From: Octopus sinensis
Taxonomy: Eukaryota
NCBI RefSeq assembly: GCF_006345805.1
Contig: NC_042998.1
Location: 182,280,001 to 182,344,000, forward strand
Direction of reading: 5' to 3'
DNA: 64,000 nucleotides
The notes below the pieces were generated by a model, which saw only the letters and a list, made by a program, of their open reading frames with translations, was not told where the DNA came from and searched no databases. The translations under genes were made by a program, and so were the position numbers. Numbering within the stretch: position 1 is the stretch's first letter; each line of letters opens with the position of its first letter. This document shows positions 27,606 to 41,625 of the stretch, piece after piece.

Positions 27606-28318
27606 AGCCTGTTTGTATAAAATAAAAAAAAAAATTCCAGCCTCGACTACTATTTTATTTTTATGCTGGTATGAATCGACACATCACACACATACACGCA
27701 CACACACATACACACACATAAACACACACACATACACCGATATACATTTGTACACATGTATGTAAACATAGACATACGCACACGCGTATATATATACATG
27801 TGTATAAATAAACCCCCAGTGAACCCTGTCGACACACTCGATAAGTGAAGGCAATACATCTGCACAAAAAACGGGTTACGATGAAATAAAAGGTCGTGTG
27901 AAAAAAAATCCCCTCATCATCATCTTCATCATAAGAAAAACACTTCCTACATCAAATTGAATGAAAGGGTGAAAATCAGTTTTATTTGTTTGATTATTTA
28001 TTTATTTATTTATTTACTATTTCTTCCAGAATAACTGTGTGTGTTGATTCGCCATCCACAATCGACTCACACACAAGCGAATGCGTTTCAGTTCTTTTAC
28101 ACTACAATACATTTCATTCTTTCTGAAGTGTAGAAACTTTACCCTCTTATATATATACTAAGATAGACAAATGGTAGACTACTGGTATGATGTATATGAG
28201 ACAAGGTTTCCGTTTCTGGTCATAGCCATTTCTTTGATTTCCTTGAGAAAAGAAGAAGCGATTCACAGTCTACTGTCATGAATCGATATTTTTAGTTCCT
28301 GTATTTCACCCAAATACC

Positions 28319-28550
28319 TATTTCTTTACTACCCACAAGGGGCTAAACACAGAGAGGACAAACAAAAACAGACAAACAGATTAAGTCGATTATATTTCGA
28401 CCCCAGTGCGTAACTGGTACTTAATTTATCGACCCCGAAAGGATGAAAGGCAAAGTCGACCTCGGCGGAATTTGAACTCAGAACATAACGGCAGACGAAA
28501 TACAGCTACGCATTTCGCCCGGCGTGTTAACGTTTCTGCCAGCTCGCCGC
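28319..28550 (-). mobile_element. SINE family A
   Basis: Full family sequence; candidate 8-bp TSD caaatacc. Confidence 0.9.
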
Positions 28551-29656
28551 AAATACCATCTCCTCTCATTCATACATACGCACGCATTCTCTCTCTTTCT
28601 CTCTCTCTCACACATATTCACACCCTCTCTTCCTCTCTCTCACATGCACACACCCTCTCTCTTTCTTTCTCATATATTCGTACCCGCTTGCTACCATTGC
28701 GTTTTGGTACAATAAAAGTTAACTATATTTGTCAAGGACATGACGCAGAATCAGAGACGTGATATTAACTTTGGCCCTCAGATCAAAATATGAACGGCTC
28801 AACCAGATATGCTCCTCAGAATACAATTTATTTTCTATCATGTGAAATCGGCTCAGTCAAAAGTTGTACCAGCTTGTTTTCTAAATCGTGACCGCGATTT
28901 TATTTCCTGTGATTAACATGTCCTAGATATATAAATCTTAGGGTAGTCATGTCTTAGGTGTTTGATATTAACATACGGATGTTCGGGTGTAAAGCATTTG
29001 TCGTATTGAATGATATACTCAATGACATCTTTGGAATCTTTTTTCAACACATCCGCCCACTCGTGTCAATCTCTAATTCGTTTCACTTGATAAGAACAAT
29101 AAAGGTGTTGTAGATGTGAACAAATTTACTCTGTAGGGCGAGTCAAATCTCATCTTTCCACATCAACTATTTTGTATCTGAAATCATAGCAGCACGGACG
29201 GGGAGAAACAAAACAAGAGACAGTTAATGCCTTCATTACCTGTAAACATTGTCAAGTTTTACTGCTTCCCTTCTTTGTCCTTCTCAAACGCTTATATTAA
29301 TTTCTTACATAAGCATAGGTTAAGGAGAAGCGGAAGTGTGACCGTGAGACGTTCATAGATTTCTGAAAGGTATCAATGAAGTAAGAATTGTCGAATTGTT
29401 CTAATCAGAAATTGGAACCCCGTGTCTTTACCCCAAAACACTCACTAGATTTCGTGATTGTATACTAGAATATACATTCAGATTTCTACAAAATTTTAAG
29501 GTGTACTATATTTCGTTTGTAGGGTTAATTTAGCCTATCAAAAGGGACGAATGACCGAATTTTTGTAGATAAGCTAAGCTGAATCTTGTTACCAGAAAAG
29601 TAGTATATTGAGAGCTAACAGTGAAACTCACTAGCTGGTAATGAATGCGAGAATTT

Positions 29657-29881
29657 AAGCCGGCGAGCTGGCAGAATCGTTAGCACGCCGGGTGAAATGC
29701 TAAGCGGTATTTCGTCTGCCGTTACGTTCTGAGTTCAAATTCCACCGAGGTCGACTTTGCCTTTCACCCTTTCGGGGTCGATAAATTAAGTACCAGTTAC
29801 GCACTGGGGTCGATGTAATAGTCTTAATCCTTTTGGTTGTCCCCTCTATGTTTAGGCTCTTGTGGGCAATAAAGAAATAGG
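29657..29881 (+). mobile_element. SINE family A
   Basis: Head, core and tail all recognisable. Confidence 0.88.
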
Positions 29882-30735
29882 AAGCTAGAAATCAAAGCTA
29901 TGAGCAGCAATGCTAACTGTGGAAATAGCGAATACTACCATACTTAACTTACAGTACTGCGTTTACCTTCGCTGCCGAGTGACTAATCGTCAAAATCAGC
30001 GTTCTGCTGAAGGAGAGATTTTCATTTTCTGTTTAAATGTACGATAATGAAAGTTATAACCAATCCTATAAGTTCTTGGTATTAATCTTATCATAGGTGG
30101 TTGATTTGATGTGGCCATATCATTTCATCAAAAACGGAAGAATATAAAATTAAAGCTTCTTTAGTGTGACTTAAACTTCGAAACACAAACCACCAAATTT
30201 GTACTCTTTAAAACGTATGTTTTCTATCATCTACACCTATAGTTCGGATCAGTGGGATGCTTTTATCAGGTTACTCGATCTGTAGTCATATTTTTGGATA
30301 ATGAAATCATATATTGCGCCTCTTTCGTGTAATCAACCGCAAACATTACGTAATTGTCACATGAAACGGGTAATTGCGTTACAAAAGGAGTGGTACCCAT
30401 ACAATTGTAATTTGTAAGAACGATGTGCTAAACATACATATAAACATACACACACACACGAACACACATACACACGCACACACTTATATATATATATATA
30501 TAATATATATACACACACATATATGTCATTTAGAGATAGAAGTCCCCATGCAATTCATCAAATCCTAATGTACCTCACACCATATCATATCATATATATA
30601 CATTCAGATATATATACGGCACCGTATAACAAAACCATTCGCACCGAAAGCACATACAAGTTTGTTTGCAAAAAAAACAAAAAACAACTACAAACTAATA
30701 TAGTTCTTAAATTTGACAGAACAAGGAGGCTAATT

Positions 30736-30816
30736 CATTGGTGTAATGGTAACACAGTCGCGTTAGCAAAGGGATGTGGGTTCGAGTCCCACGCGGATGG
30801 GAAAGCCTTCTTTTTT
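30736..30816 (+). pseudogene. tRNA-like Pol III unit (pseudogene or orphan SINE head)
   Basis: A-box tggtgtaatgg, perfect T-arm gtggg-ttcgagt-cccac, T6 run downstream; no convincing anticodon arm. Confidence 0.45.
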
Positions 30817-31082
30817 CTGTCGAGGGCTTATATGCTCTATTATTAGGCTATTTTTCTTAGTCATTTCACGGTGATCGCTATAAGATTTAAGCTTAAATAA
30901 ATACTGATATATATATATATATATATATATTATATTAAATTAGAGATAAAACCACTTTAGGCAAATCATGCATTGAAAAACTTAAGCCAATACATAAGAT
31001 TAATTAATTTTATTATTTTAAATTATATCAAAATTATTAAAAAAAGATAATGAGTATAACACTACGATCGTTTCATGGCTGT

Positions 31083-31145
<63 letters not shown>

Positions 31146-31560
31146 CAATTAAGATTCAGTTGAATTAGGTAATTAAATTGAGACACCTTGTTAGGTCTGA
31201 GTAACGTGCGTACTCAATAATATTAAGTGAATATCACATTAAGTGCATAAGAGCCGACCACATGATATTCTTGCAGTGTATGCAGCTAATAAGACCCAGC
31301 TGAGTGAAGAAATCCGCTCTTCGCTATTCAGACATGTACATTTTTATTAAAAATACTGTCTGTAATATTTACGGAGCGTAGATTCCAGGATAGGCGAATG
31401 AAATATATGTGAGTAACAAAAAGGTACAGGTGTCAATTCATTACGGCTGTTTCTAACGACTCCTTTAATTGATTTACGAGAACATTACATCATTGCAAAG
31501 ATACCGTTATATGTGTGTGTGTGTGTGTGTGTATGTGTGTGTGTGTGTGTGTGTGTGTAT

Positions 31561-31671
31561 GCCCTGGAGTAGTAGTTTAATTATTATCATCAAAAAGATG
31601 AAAATCAAAGTTGGTTTCGGATGGACTTTGATTCGTAGATCTGGAATATATATTGAAAGGCATTCGCCAAC

Positions 31672-31702
<31 letters not shown>

Positions 31703-31925
31703 ATATAATATATATATATATATAGTTAATCCAAACATGAAAACACAAAGAGAAAACACAAACAACGCGAGGACGTAGAACAAATATAGTATTATTGGAC
31801 GCTCATGAAGGAAGGGAAGAAGGAGGATTTAACGTTTCGAGCGGAGCCTTCGTCAGAAACATAGGAAAAGGAAAGATCCAGAGAAGGGAAGACGGAGGAA
31901 AAAAATCGCCAACGGTACGCACGCG

Positions 31926-31980
<55 letters not shown>

Positions 31981-32042
31981 GTCAAAGACCAACTTTGATT
32001 TACATCTTTTTTATGACAATGATTAGACTACCATCCCAGGGT
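31561..32042. mobile_element. MITE-like element with ~60-bp imperfect TIRs, hosting a hammerhead element
   Basis: 31561-31620 is approximately the reverse complement of 31981-32042 (aaaaagatg.aaatcaaagttggt). Confidence 0.65.
31827..31860 (-). ncRNA. Minimal type I hammerhead ribozyme motif within pLTR-like element 31722-31927
   Basis: Minus strand gttt-CTGACGA-A-GGCTCCGCTC-GAAAC-GTT-aaat: intact CUGANGA and GAAA, palindromic ACGU stem III, GUU cleavage triplet, 4-bp stem I. Confidence 0.65.
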
Positions 32043-32407
32043 AGTGGTTTGGCGTAACTGTCAGAACGCCAAACGCAATATGCAATATCGTCGCGTTCTC
32101 ATTTCAATCTCGCTAGTTCACTAGAGCCCTATCAATAGTAAGGTTATTATCGCAAGCATCGAATTCCCCATCCACCACAAACAAAAAAAAAGGAAAAGAA
32201 AAAAACTGCCTATGAAACTAATGAAGTCATAAAACTAATGTGGCGTGAGTGTATAATCGCCTTATTCATTCGGAGGGTGTGGTAAATTTTTTTTTTTATA
32301 TAATGTAATATATTATAATATATTTATATGTGTGTGCATGTGCATGTGTATTCACGTATGTATGTGTGTGTGTCTGTATATATGTAAATGTATATTTATG
32401 TTATCTG

Positions 32408-32461
<54 letters not shown>

Positions 32462-33419
32462 CATTATACATACGTAATATGTACATACATCTATACGTAT
32501 ATATAATATATATATATGCACATGTGGGCACAGGAGGTCACGAAAACATATATGTATGTATGTAAATATATATGTATACACACACACACACACACACACA
32601 CCACACAACACACATATATGTGTGTTGTGTATAAAAATATGTACATATATATACGCGTACTAATCTATTTACATCTATATATATATATACCCATACATAT
32701 ATGTATATATATATATATATATATATAGATATATATATACTATATACATACATAAATACACATACATACACACATGTATATTGACACACCTATATATATG
32801 ATATACTTACATACATAAGTACATATGTATATATACAGGTTTGATGATGCAAACAGGAAAATAGAACTAAAAAAAATGACCAAGAGTAAATACTGAAAGA
32901 CCCCATACGTGTAGAATATTTATAAAACAGACATATTTGTAAACACAAATGCAGTAAATGCAGTAAGCATCATTCCATTGGCTATGCATTGTGCCATATT
33001 TATGGTCAGATATTCTTTAAGAATCAAAGAAGGAAGCATGTCGTAGTTAGACTTGATATAAAGATGGTTCAGCAATGTTTCAATAATGTTTAGAATGAGA
33101 TATTAATTTCATAGTATAAATGATATTGAGATTTGATAAGCGGTAGATATTGAGATTTGATGAGTGTTAGATATTAACGAGGTTTGTACTTAGATATATG
33201 GATAATGATTTGCCTAATCTGATGCCATAATTTGCATACTGCTGTGACAGAGTTTTGACTAAAATTTAAACTTGCGATCATGCTGTATCGTGTGTTAGGT
33301 TGGTTGTCTCAGCAGATAACAATTTAAAAGTACAAATAAACAAATAAATGAATAAATGAAAGCTAAATCATAACCCGAGACAATGAGTTCGTCGTATTCG
33401 GGAGAATCAGAGGGATTGC

Positions 33420-33830
33420 AGTTTATGTCGTCACAAATCTACTTGATATACTTCTTGGCGTGTGGCTCTGAGTTAGTTCTGCCTTGTGTCGGCTCTCCAG
33501 CAATACGTTCTTAGCTCTCCAGCAAAACGTTCTTTGATGATATCTGACACTGGACGAAGGTTCCCATACAATCGCTCTCCAAATGACGTTTAAAGCCACT
33601 CTTAGCATGAGAGTGTATGCTCCGCCCAATCTTCTTTCCAGTTTTGAGGTAAAGGCTCCTACCTCAAAACTGAGCAGCCATACAACAGAGCATGCTGAGC
33701 AGTCATAGAATAGAACAGAGGTAACAATTGCTTGAAAGCACTTCCTTTTCATGTCTTGAAGTCTAGATTTCCACCTAGAGATAATTTGTTGAGGCAACCC
33801 AGGCTTTACCATTGCGTGTCTTTACATCGC
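33420..33830 (-). mobile_element. RTE/RTEX-like LINE RT C-terminal fragment
   Basis: RWKSRLQDMKRKCFQAIVTSVLFY ... LERRLGGAYTLMLRVALNVIW resembles WKS.L...KR.FF.A.V.SVLLYG..LDG.YTRMLR.ALN.SW. Confidence 0.7.
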
Positions 33831-34684
33831 TTTTGCAGCCAGAGATTTTATTACCTAGATAAATAAAATGAGTAGTACTATGTATGGATTCAAAGAATCG
33901 TACGACTATTACAGTACTCTCCTCTTATGGACTCAGCTATCAGCCCACGTAATAATCAGCTACAACGTAGTGTAACGTCAAGTACCTGTGTAAATGAAAA
34001 TCCAAAACAATTCGAAGATAAAATTATTCAATAAGGAGTCTATGGAAGTATAAAGCTTAGAGGTATGTGAGTTGAAAATATTTTTTGACTTATTCAGCAA
34101 AGACTTATTCATTGGGTTACAGTCGTTTCGAAACCGTCTCCATATAGTATTGATTTCAGTACGCAACAAATTATGCGTACATGTATGCATTAATATGTTT
34201 GCTAACCTTGATGCTCCGGTGATCACATGAACAGCTTTCTTTATTTGTATTAATTTGTGAACATACAATTGTACTTGTCATACGATTCTTTGAATCCATA
34301 TACAATACTACTCATTCTATTTATCTAGGTAGTAAAATCTCTATATATGAAAGCGATGTAAACAGACGCATTGGTAAAGCCTGTATAATGTTGATCGTAC
34401 ATATTAATGCAAATATTTTTTGCATGTAGAAATTAATACTATATGAAGAAGGCTGCCGAAACGACCGCAATCCTATGGAAGTCACTTGTTTATATATATA
34501 TATAATATATATCGTTAGTAAGGGAAGATACACAAATAAGAAAGAAGAAAGCACAGAAGTGTGACGAAAGAACTCTGGCCGAAATACAATTAATGTAAAA
34601 AATAAAATAAAGCTGAAGCAAATTAACACCAAATATATAGTGCGTGTGTTTTTATTGGCTAAACTGGCAACATGACCATCCCTA

Positions 34685-34695
34685 AATACAACACA

Positions 34696-34773
<78 letters not shown>

Positions 34774-34913
34774 CATATGTATATATATACATATGTATAC
34801 ATATATATGTGTGTTGTGTATGTATGTATGTATGCATATATATATTTATACCAACATATATATATATAGATATATACATATATGTGTGTGTGTATGAATA
34901 TGAATATATATGT

Positions 34914-34964
<51 letters not shown>

Positions 34965-35200
34965 GTATATATATATATATATTATATATATATATTCATA
35001 TTTACACATACACACGCACACATATATATATACATGCATACACACACATATACATATAAATACTTATATGTGTGTGTGTGTATGTTATATATATGTATAA
35101 ATACGCATATATCATATATGTATGTATATGTATGTATGTGTGTGTATATATATGTGTGAGTGAGTGAATGTCTGTATGTGTTTGTGTATATGTGTGTGCA
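34685..35200. repeat. Compound (AC)n/(AT)n/(GT)n array
   Basis: Direct reading. Confidence 0.95.
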
Positions 35201-36364
35201 TGTGAAGGAGACCTATAAAAGTGCCATCTCTAAAAGATATCTGGGTCGTTCAGTGAAGAGGCGATGAGGTCTGGCAGATAATGTGGCTCTGTACACATTG
35301 GCACTAGCTGGATGCTGGCTTCGTTTTAGGTGCAATGTGTACGTAGGGGAACCGGCGATTGGGTTCAATTTGCAGATGTTGAATATATATAAAAATAGAA
35401 ATGTACCTGGTACAATACTGAAGTCTCACTGGGGAGGTATAAGAAAATTGCCGAGAAACACGACAAATGCAATATGTATGAAATGTAATATATCTATGCA
35501 TGTGTATGTATGTGTGTGCGTGTGTTTGTATATATGAATGTAAGTTTGTGTTTGTATGTATTCCCTAGGGATGAGTGAATGAATGAAAGGAGAAAGGAAG
35601 TAAGTAAGGAACAGAGAGAGAATGAGTAAAATGGTCATTTGATGGGTATATCGTTTGTAATTTTACGTGGGTACAGTCGCAGGGTTCAATTTATGCTCAT
35701 ATTTACTGAGATTGGAGATGCACTAAGTCGATCTCATTCAGTCATATTTGAATGCAAAATACTATGTTCGGCAATCCCAGAAAGGAAATAATCTGAAAGC
35801 ATAAATAAACACATATTACTTTTATTAGGTTCAATAAACATTTATTGTAAGGAATGAATGAACTAACCGAACTTCCGTATATTACTGAGCAGGAGTTTCT
35901 AACACGTCCTGTTAGAAATAATCGTCACATCCCTTACTCATACTGTATTATTTTAAAAAGATGGCATTCAGTAATATGGTTTCATATTTGTGGAAAGAGT
36001 GGCCACGGCTGGAACACATTTTGTCATTAGACAGCACGATCATCCATTCAGAATAATCATCAAACCTCTACAATGAATATGTATTGTTATCCCAAGGAAC
36101 ATTAACAATCAAAAAATTTATAAAAGGATTCGCAATTTTATTTGTTCTGTACTTACCAGTATTGTTTCAATTACAGCATATGCATAACTGCAGCAGACCA
36201 GTATCTGAGACACCATACATATTAATCGATGTTAATCTCTGTAACCACAACATCTAATTACTTCAACACATCTAAACCTGAAAGTTATGCGTCTCACCGA
36301 TTATTCAGTAGTGTGCAGATTAATTAGTTAAAGTAATGGTTTCAATTAAGCATATATCTACCTA

Positions 36365-36870
36365 CCGTAAATTCTCGAGTATAATCCACATTTTTTCTCC
36401 AAAATTTAATGGTCAAAATCCCTAGTGCGTACTATATACGAGGTTAAAAATGAAAATTATTTTCTAAGCAATATCCGAGTCTATTTGCTGTCCGGCAATG
36501 TTTATTCAGACGCATTTTGTGATGTCGGGCGCGAAAATACATTAAACTAAACCTGAAAGCAATGAAGTCATAGAAGAATCATCCATAACTTGCAATAAAC
36601 ATTTATTAAACGTTATTACTGTTATTTCTTTATTTTCTGCAAACAAAATGCACAAAAAAGCTACACGTTTGCATTATGTTATATATGCAATAATAATAAA
36701 GGACGTTACCGTATACATTTTTACAAACCAAGGACGTTATATAGACCTCCTTGACTCAAGTTAGAGAAGGGGTGCGTATTATACACAAGGTTTTGGTTTT
36801 TCAGAGTTACTGCCCCCTAAAAATCCTCTGCGTATTATACTCAAGGGGGACTATACTCGAGGATTTACTG
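36365..36870. mobile_element. pogo/Tigger-type MITE with TIRs and TA TSD
   Basis: ta|ccgtaaattctcgagtataatcc ... ggactatactcgaggatttactg|ta. Confidence 0.85.
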
Positions 36871-37045
36871 TATATCAATTCATTTCTGTTGATGCATGCA
36901 GTTGATTACACATGTAGAGATGAGATATCAGTGCGTATATCTTTAGTTCCAATCCAATCCCATCCATGAGTTTTGTCTTTCCTGTACAAGACACCTTATT
37001 GAACATTACAAATTCATTAAGTTTCTGAAAATCTATTATCATTTA

Positions 37046-37383
37046 TCTTTTCTTTGTTTCAGTCATTAAAATTTTTAATTGAATGAATCAACCTCAGCAC
37101 TTTTTCTAAAGTCTGATACATATTCTATTTTTGTCGAACCGCTAAGTTACGGGGACATAAACGCACCAACACCGGTTCTCAAACGGTGGTTGGGGACAAA
37201 CACTTTGATGGGTTAATGAAATAAATAGATGCTTCCCAACCAAATGGTTCTGGGTTCGGTCCACTGCTTGGCACCTTGGGTGAGTGTCTTCTACTATAGT
37301 CTTGGGCCAACCAATGCCTTGTGAGTTGATTTGGAAGACGGAAACTGAAAGAAGCAAGAAGCTTGTATATATATATATATATA

Positions 37384-37417
<34 letters not shown>

Positions 37418-37674
37418 TTATGTGTATGTGTGTGTGTATGTGTGTGCTTGTGCATGTGTGTAACTGTGTCTGTATTTGTTTCCCGCCACCGCTTTACAAT
37501 CGGTGTCGGTGTGTTTACGTCCCCGTTACTATAGCTCTTCGGCAAGAGACCGATAGAACAAGTCTTTGGCTTTAAAAAATAAGTACTGGGGTCGATTCGT
37601 TTGACTAAAATTCTTCAGGGCGATGCTCCAGCATGGCTGCAGTCTAATGACTGGAATCAGTTAAAGATATAAGA
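37046..37674. mobile_element. SINE-B inverted pair (minus 3' part 37046-37203; near-full plus copy 37228-37674)
   Basis: Family B motifs in both orientations. Confidence 0.8.
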
Positions 37675-38779
37675 TGTACAGTGAAAGAGAGCGAGAAAGA
37701 GAAACGAGGAGAGTCATAGAGAGAGAAAGAAACGGAGGTAGAGAGTGAGAAAGAATTTGTGAAAAGGGAAAGCGAATGAGAGAGAGGTGGGGGAGGTGGG
37801 GGTATTCTGACAGAAAGGAGAGAGAATGGGAGAGAATGAAGTTGCTTACCTTGTTTAACAAGTGAAGAGATGCCCCCACCACCACCACCACCACCAATCC
37901 ACGAAAAAAAAAAAAGGAAACGTGGGGAAAATCAACAACAAGTATAAATGCAAGATTGACAAAACGTCTTATAAGTCGGTGTGAAAATGTAATTCAAAAC
38001 GGTAAAATAGTTTAAAAAGAAACTGTCAATCTGTTTTTCAGTCTATATCAGGCTCTCCCTCTCTCTTTCTCTTTCTCTTTCTTTTTCTCCTCTCCCCCTC
38101 TCTCACTGTGTTTTATTACTCACATATATACTCACCAATACATCCTCCCCGTCAGACACACAGACATCTTATTTTATACAGACATGCACTAAAACATACG
38201 CATAAATGTATAACTTATATTTGAATATATGTGTGTGCTTGTGTCTGTGCATACATGCATATATGTATGTGTATGTATATGTACGTAGTGTTATATACAT
38301 CGTTGTATCAAATAAAAACTGAAATTGCAAAAAAAAAAGAAAAACCGAAAAAAATAAAAATAAAAATAAACAATAACAGCAAAAATAAAATAAAATAAAA
38401 TAAAATAAAGGTATTCGGCGATAATATTTCATGATAGCAACTTCGCCCTGACAAACAACACTATGTGGATATATAGGCTTTTCTTTATGTTTGATCAACT
38501 ACCACATGGAGTGTTGTTCAGGTGGGATGTCTGAGCGTGAGATCTTAAAAAAACAAACGCAAAAACACGGTGCGAGCGTGTGGTAGAGTAGGAGAAACCT
38601 GCGTATGCGTAACTGGAATATTGAAGTTTGTAGCCGTTTTTGCTGTCAATCGCGTTTGGTGTTTTGATATATTTGCAGCCATTCTTGTGGTTTTTGTAGT
38701 AACTATTGTTGATGTAGTAGTAGCAGTAGCAGTAATAATAGTAGTTATAATTGTTGGTGTTGTTTTTGTCACTGTTACT

Positions 38780-39100
38780 CATTTACTCCTTTACTTGTTT
38801 CAGTCATTTGACTGTGGTTATGCTGGATCACGGCCTTTAGTCGAACAAATCGACCCCAGGACTTATTCTTTGTAAACCTAGTACTTATTCTATCGGTCTC
38901 TTTTGCCGAACTGCTAAGTTACGGGGACGTAAACACACCAGCATCGGTTGTCAAACATATACACACACATATACTTATATACATATATAGGACGGGCTTC
39001 TTTCAGTTTCCGTCTGCCAAATCCACTCAAAAGGCTTTGGTCGGCCCGAGGCTATAGTAGAAGACACTTGTGGTTCGTAAGCAAGCTACTTACCACACAG
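38780..39100 (-). mobile_element. SINE family B with two internal deletions
   Basis: aagacacttg joined directly to tggttcgtaag (B-box region lost); segment after catcggttgtcaa also lost. Confidence 0.85.
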
Positions 39101-39772
39101 TAAATAAATATAACCATAGTATACCTGTTTGCCAAAGCACTGCTTTAATGCCATTTAGATTGTTATATCGCCATTTAAACTAAATCGGAACAACTTGTTA
39201 AAAGAAGTTGAAGAAACACGTATCAACGTTCAACCTGCCAAAAAATTGCCCTAAAATCGGTCTTACATTATTTAAAAAAAAAAGGACTTGAAGGTCACAA
39301 TTGATTGAATGTATTTGCTCCAGAGTTAAACTAGAACTTAACAAAAAGAGAACAAAACAAAACAAAACACTAGATCAATGAAAAAGTTTCTAAGCGATCG
39401 CTAAACTTGCTAAAAGAAGCATCGAAATCTGTCTGAAATCATACTTTACCGTCTTAAAAATCGAAGACATATTGGATCATATAGTCCTAAATACATATTG
39501 TGCTTGAACCACAGATGAATTGGTCGCGACTGGAACACTTTGATGGCAGTTTGCTCGTTAGACCAAAACTGTGTATAAATGAAAGAAATGTAAACGATTA
39601 TCGGTCATTTTTATGAATGTCGTTGTTGTAGTGGATAGTGGTTACTTTTATACTATAAGCTATTGGAGAAGACTTGTCAGAAAGAGCGAGGTCATGGAAC
39701 CAGTTGATGTCCGTATGTAGCGCACTATTTATATTATAAATAGGCTCAGACTAGTGGTATTCAAGAATCATT

Positions 39773-40008
39773 AGGCGGCGAGCTGGCAGAAACTTTTGCA
39801 CGTCGGGCGAAATGCTTAGCGGTATTTCGTCTGTCGTTACGTTGTGAGTTCAAATTCCGCCGAGGTCGATTTTGCCTTTCATCCTTTCGGGGTCGATTAA
39901 ATAAGTACCAGTTACGCACTGGGGTCGATATAATCGACTTAATACGTTTGTTTGTCCTTGTTTGTCCCCTCTGTGTTTAGCCCCTTGTGGGTAGTAAAGA
40001 AATAGGTT
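39773..40008 (+). mobile_element. SINE family A, 14-bp TSD with one mismatch
   Basis: ttcaagaatcatta (39760) / ttcaagaatcgtta (40009). Confidence 0.9.
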
Positions 40009-40183
40009 TTCAAGAATCGTTAAAACAACGCACAAAATTAATTTTGATATATCGGGACGTCATTTTACGTTTTACGTTCAAACCTCGACCACGTCGGGTC
40101 TACGTTGCTGTTAAACTTTTACGAGGTCAATAAAATAAAGTACTAGTTATGTTCTTTTTAGGGGCCAATGTAATCAGCTATAA

Positions 40184-40765
40184 AAGCGGAGAGCTAGCAG
40201 AATCATTAGCACGCCGGTCAAAATTCTTAGCGGCATATCGTCCGTCTTTTTGTTCTGAGTTCAAATTCCACCGAGATCGACTTTGCCTTTCATTCTTTCG
40301 AGGTCGATAAAATAAGAACCCAGTTGAAAACTGGGGCCTATGTAATCGACTTACTTCTTCCCCTTGTGCCAAAATTTGAAATCAATATAATCGACTATAC
40401 TTTCCCTAAATATGTGAATGTTTGAAATCAACATAATACACACTCTCTTTTATTCCTTGAGTTCAAATCCAGGCGGTGCTGACTTTACCTTTCGACTCGT
40501 TAATACACCGCGTCAGTTTAACCAGCTATAGTCTTTTCCTTAGTGTGTGGTCCTGTGCCGAAATGAAGAAACTATATTGATTTCAAATTTTGGCACAAAG
40601 CCAACGATTTTGTGGGAGGCGTAAGTTGATTATATCGATCTGTGTTCAACTGGTATTTATTTTGTCGACTTCGATGGAATATGAACACAGAACGTAAATG
40701 TAGACAAAATACCGCTAAACCATTTGCCCGGCGTGTTGATTTTCTGCCAGCTTATCGCCTTAAAT
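40184..40765. mobile_element. Cluster of older SINE A2 copies (A head/core with ccttgtgccaaaatttgaaa tail): plus 40184-40388, fragment ~40450-40575, minus 40577-40763
   Basis: A-type head and core with an alternative tail. Confidence 0.7.
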
Positions 40766-41233
40766 GAGGAACCTGTATTATAGATAAATGAGGTGACAGG
40801 TCACAGAGTTTATCATCTTGGAGTTTATCTATAACCAAGTCAACCTGGCAAGTTGGATTTGAATTCAGAGCTGCAATCTCATCTCAGCAATAATATGTTC
40901 AGCAACATAACCTGCTTCATAACTCCTTGTATCCATCTGAGTCGAATATATTGGCTGTTGCACTGTAGTTCTGAATCCATAAACTTATGGATTCAAAACA
41001 GTTTTATATACATGTCAAACCATCCAGAACTTTTTGCAAATGTTTCTTTAGTTTCCCCTTCCTGTTTTCTTTCCTCTTATACATAGTTCGTTTTGACCAT
41101 CATTTGGCTTGCAGAAATGCACTTTTGATTGTAAACTTCGGCCTAAATTGCCAAATAACGTCCCAGTTCAGTTACTGCGGTACTCATTTTTTTTTCAAAT
41201 ATATAATACTGTGCCAAGAACTTTCTTTCTGTT

Positions 41234-41281
41234 CTACTACTACTACTACTACTACTACAGATGCGGCTACTGCTACTACTG

Positions 41282-41315
<34 letters not shown>

Positions 41316-41329
41316 AGATGCGGCTACTG

Positions 41330-41381
<52 letters not shown>

Positions 41382-41395
41382 AGATGCGGCTACTG

Positions 41396-41453
<58 letters not shown>

Positions 41454-41513
41454 AGATGCGGCTACTGCTACTACTACTACTACTACTACTATACTACTAC
41501 TACTACTACTACT

Positions 41514-41581
<68 letters not shown>

Positions 41582-41625
41582 AGATGCGGCTACTGCTAAT
41601 ACTACTACTGCTACTGCTGCTGCTG
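41234..41625. repeat. (TAC)n array with five agatgcggctactgc interruptions
   Basis: Interruptions at 41259, 41316, 41382, 41454 and 41582. Confidence 0.92.
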
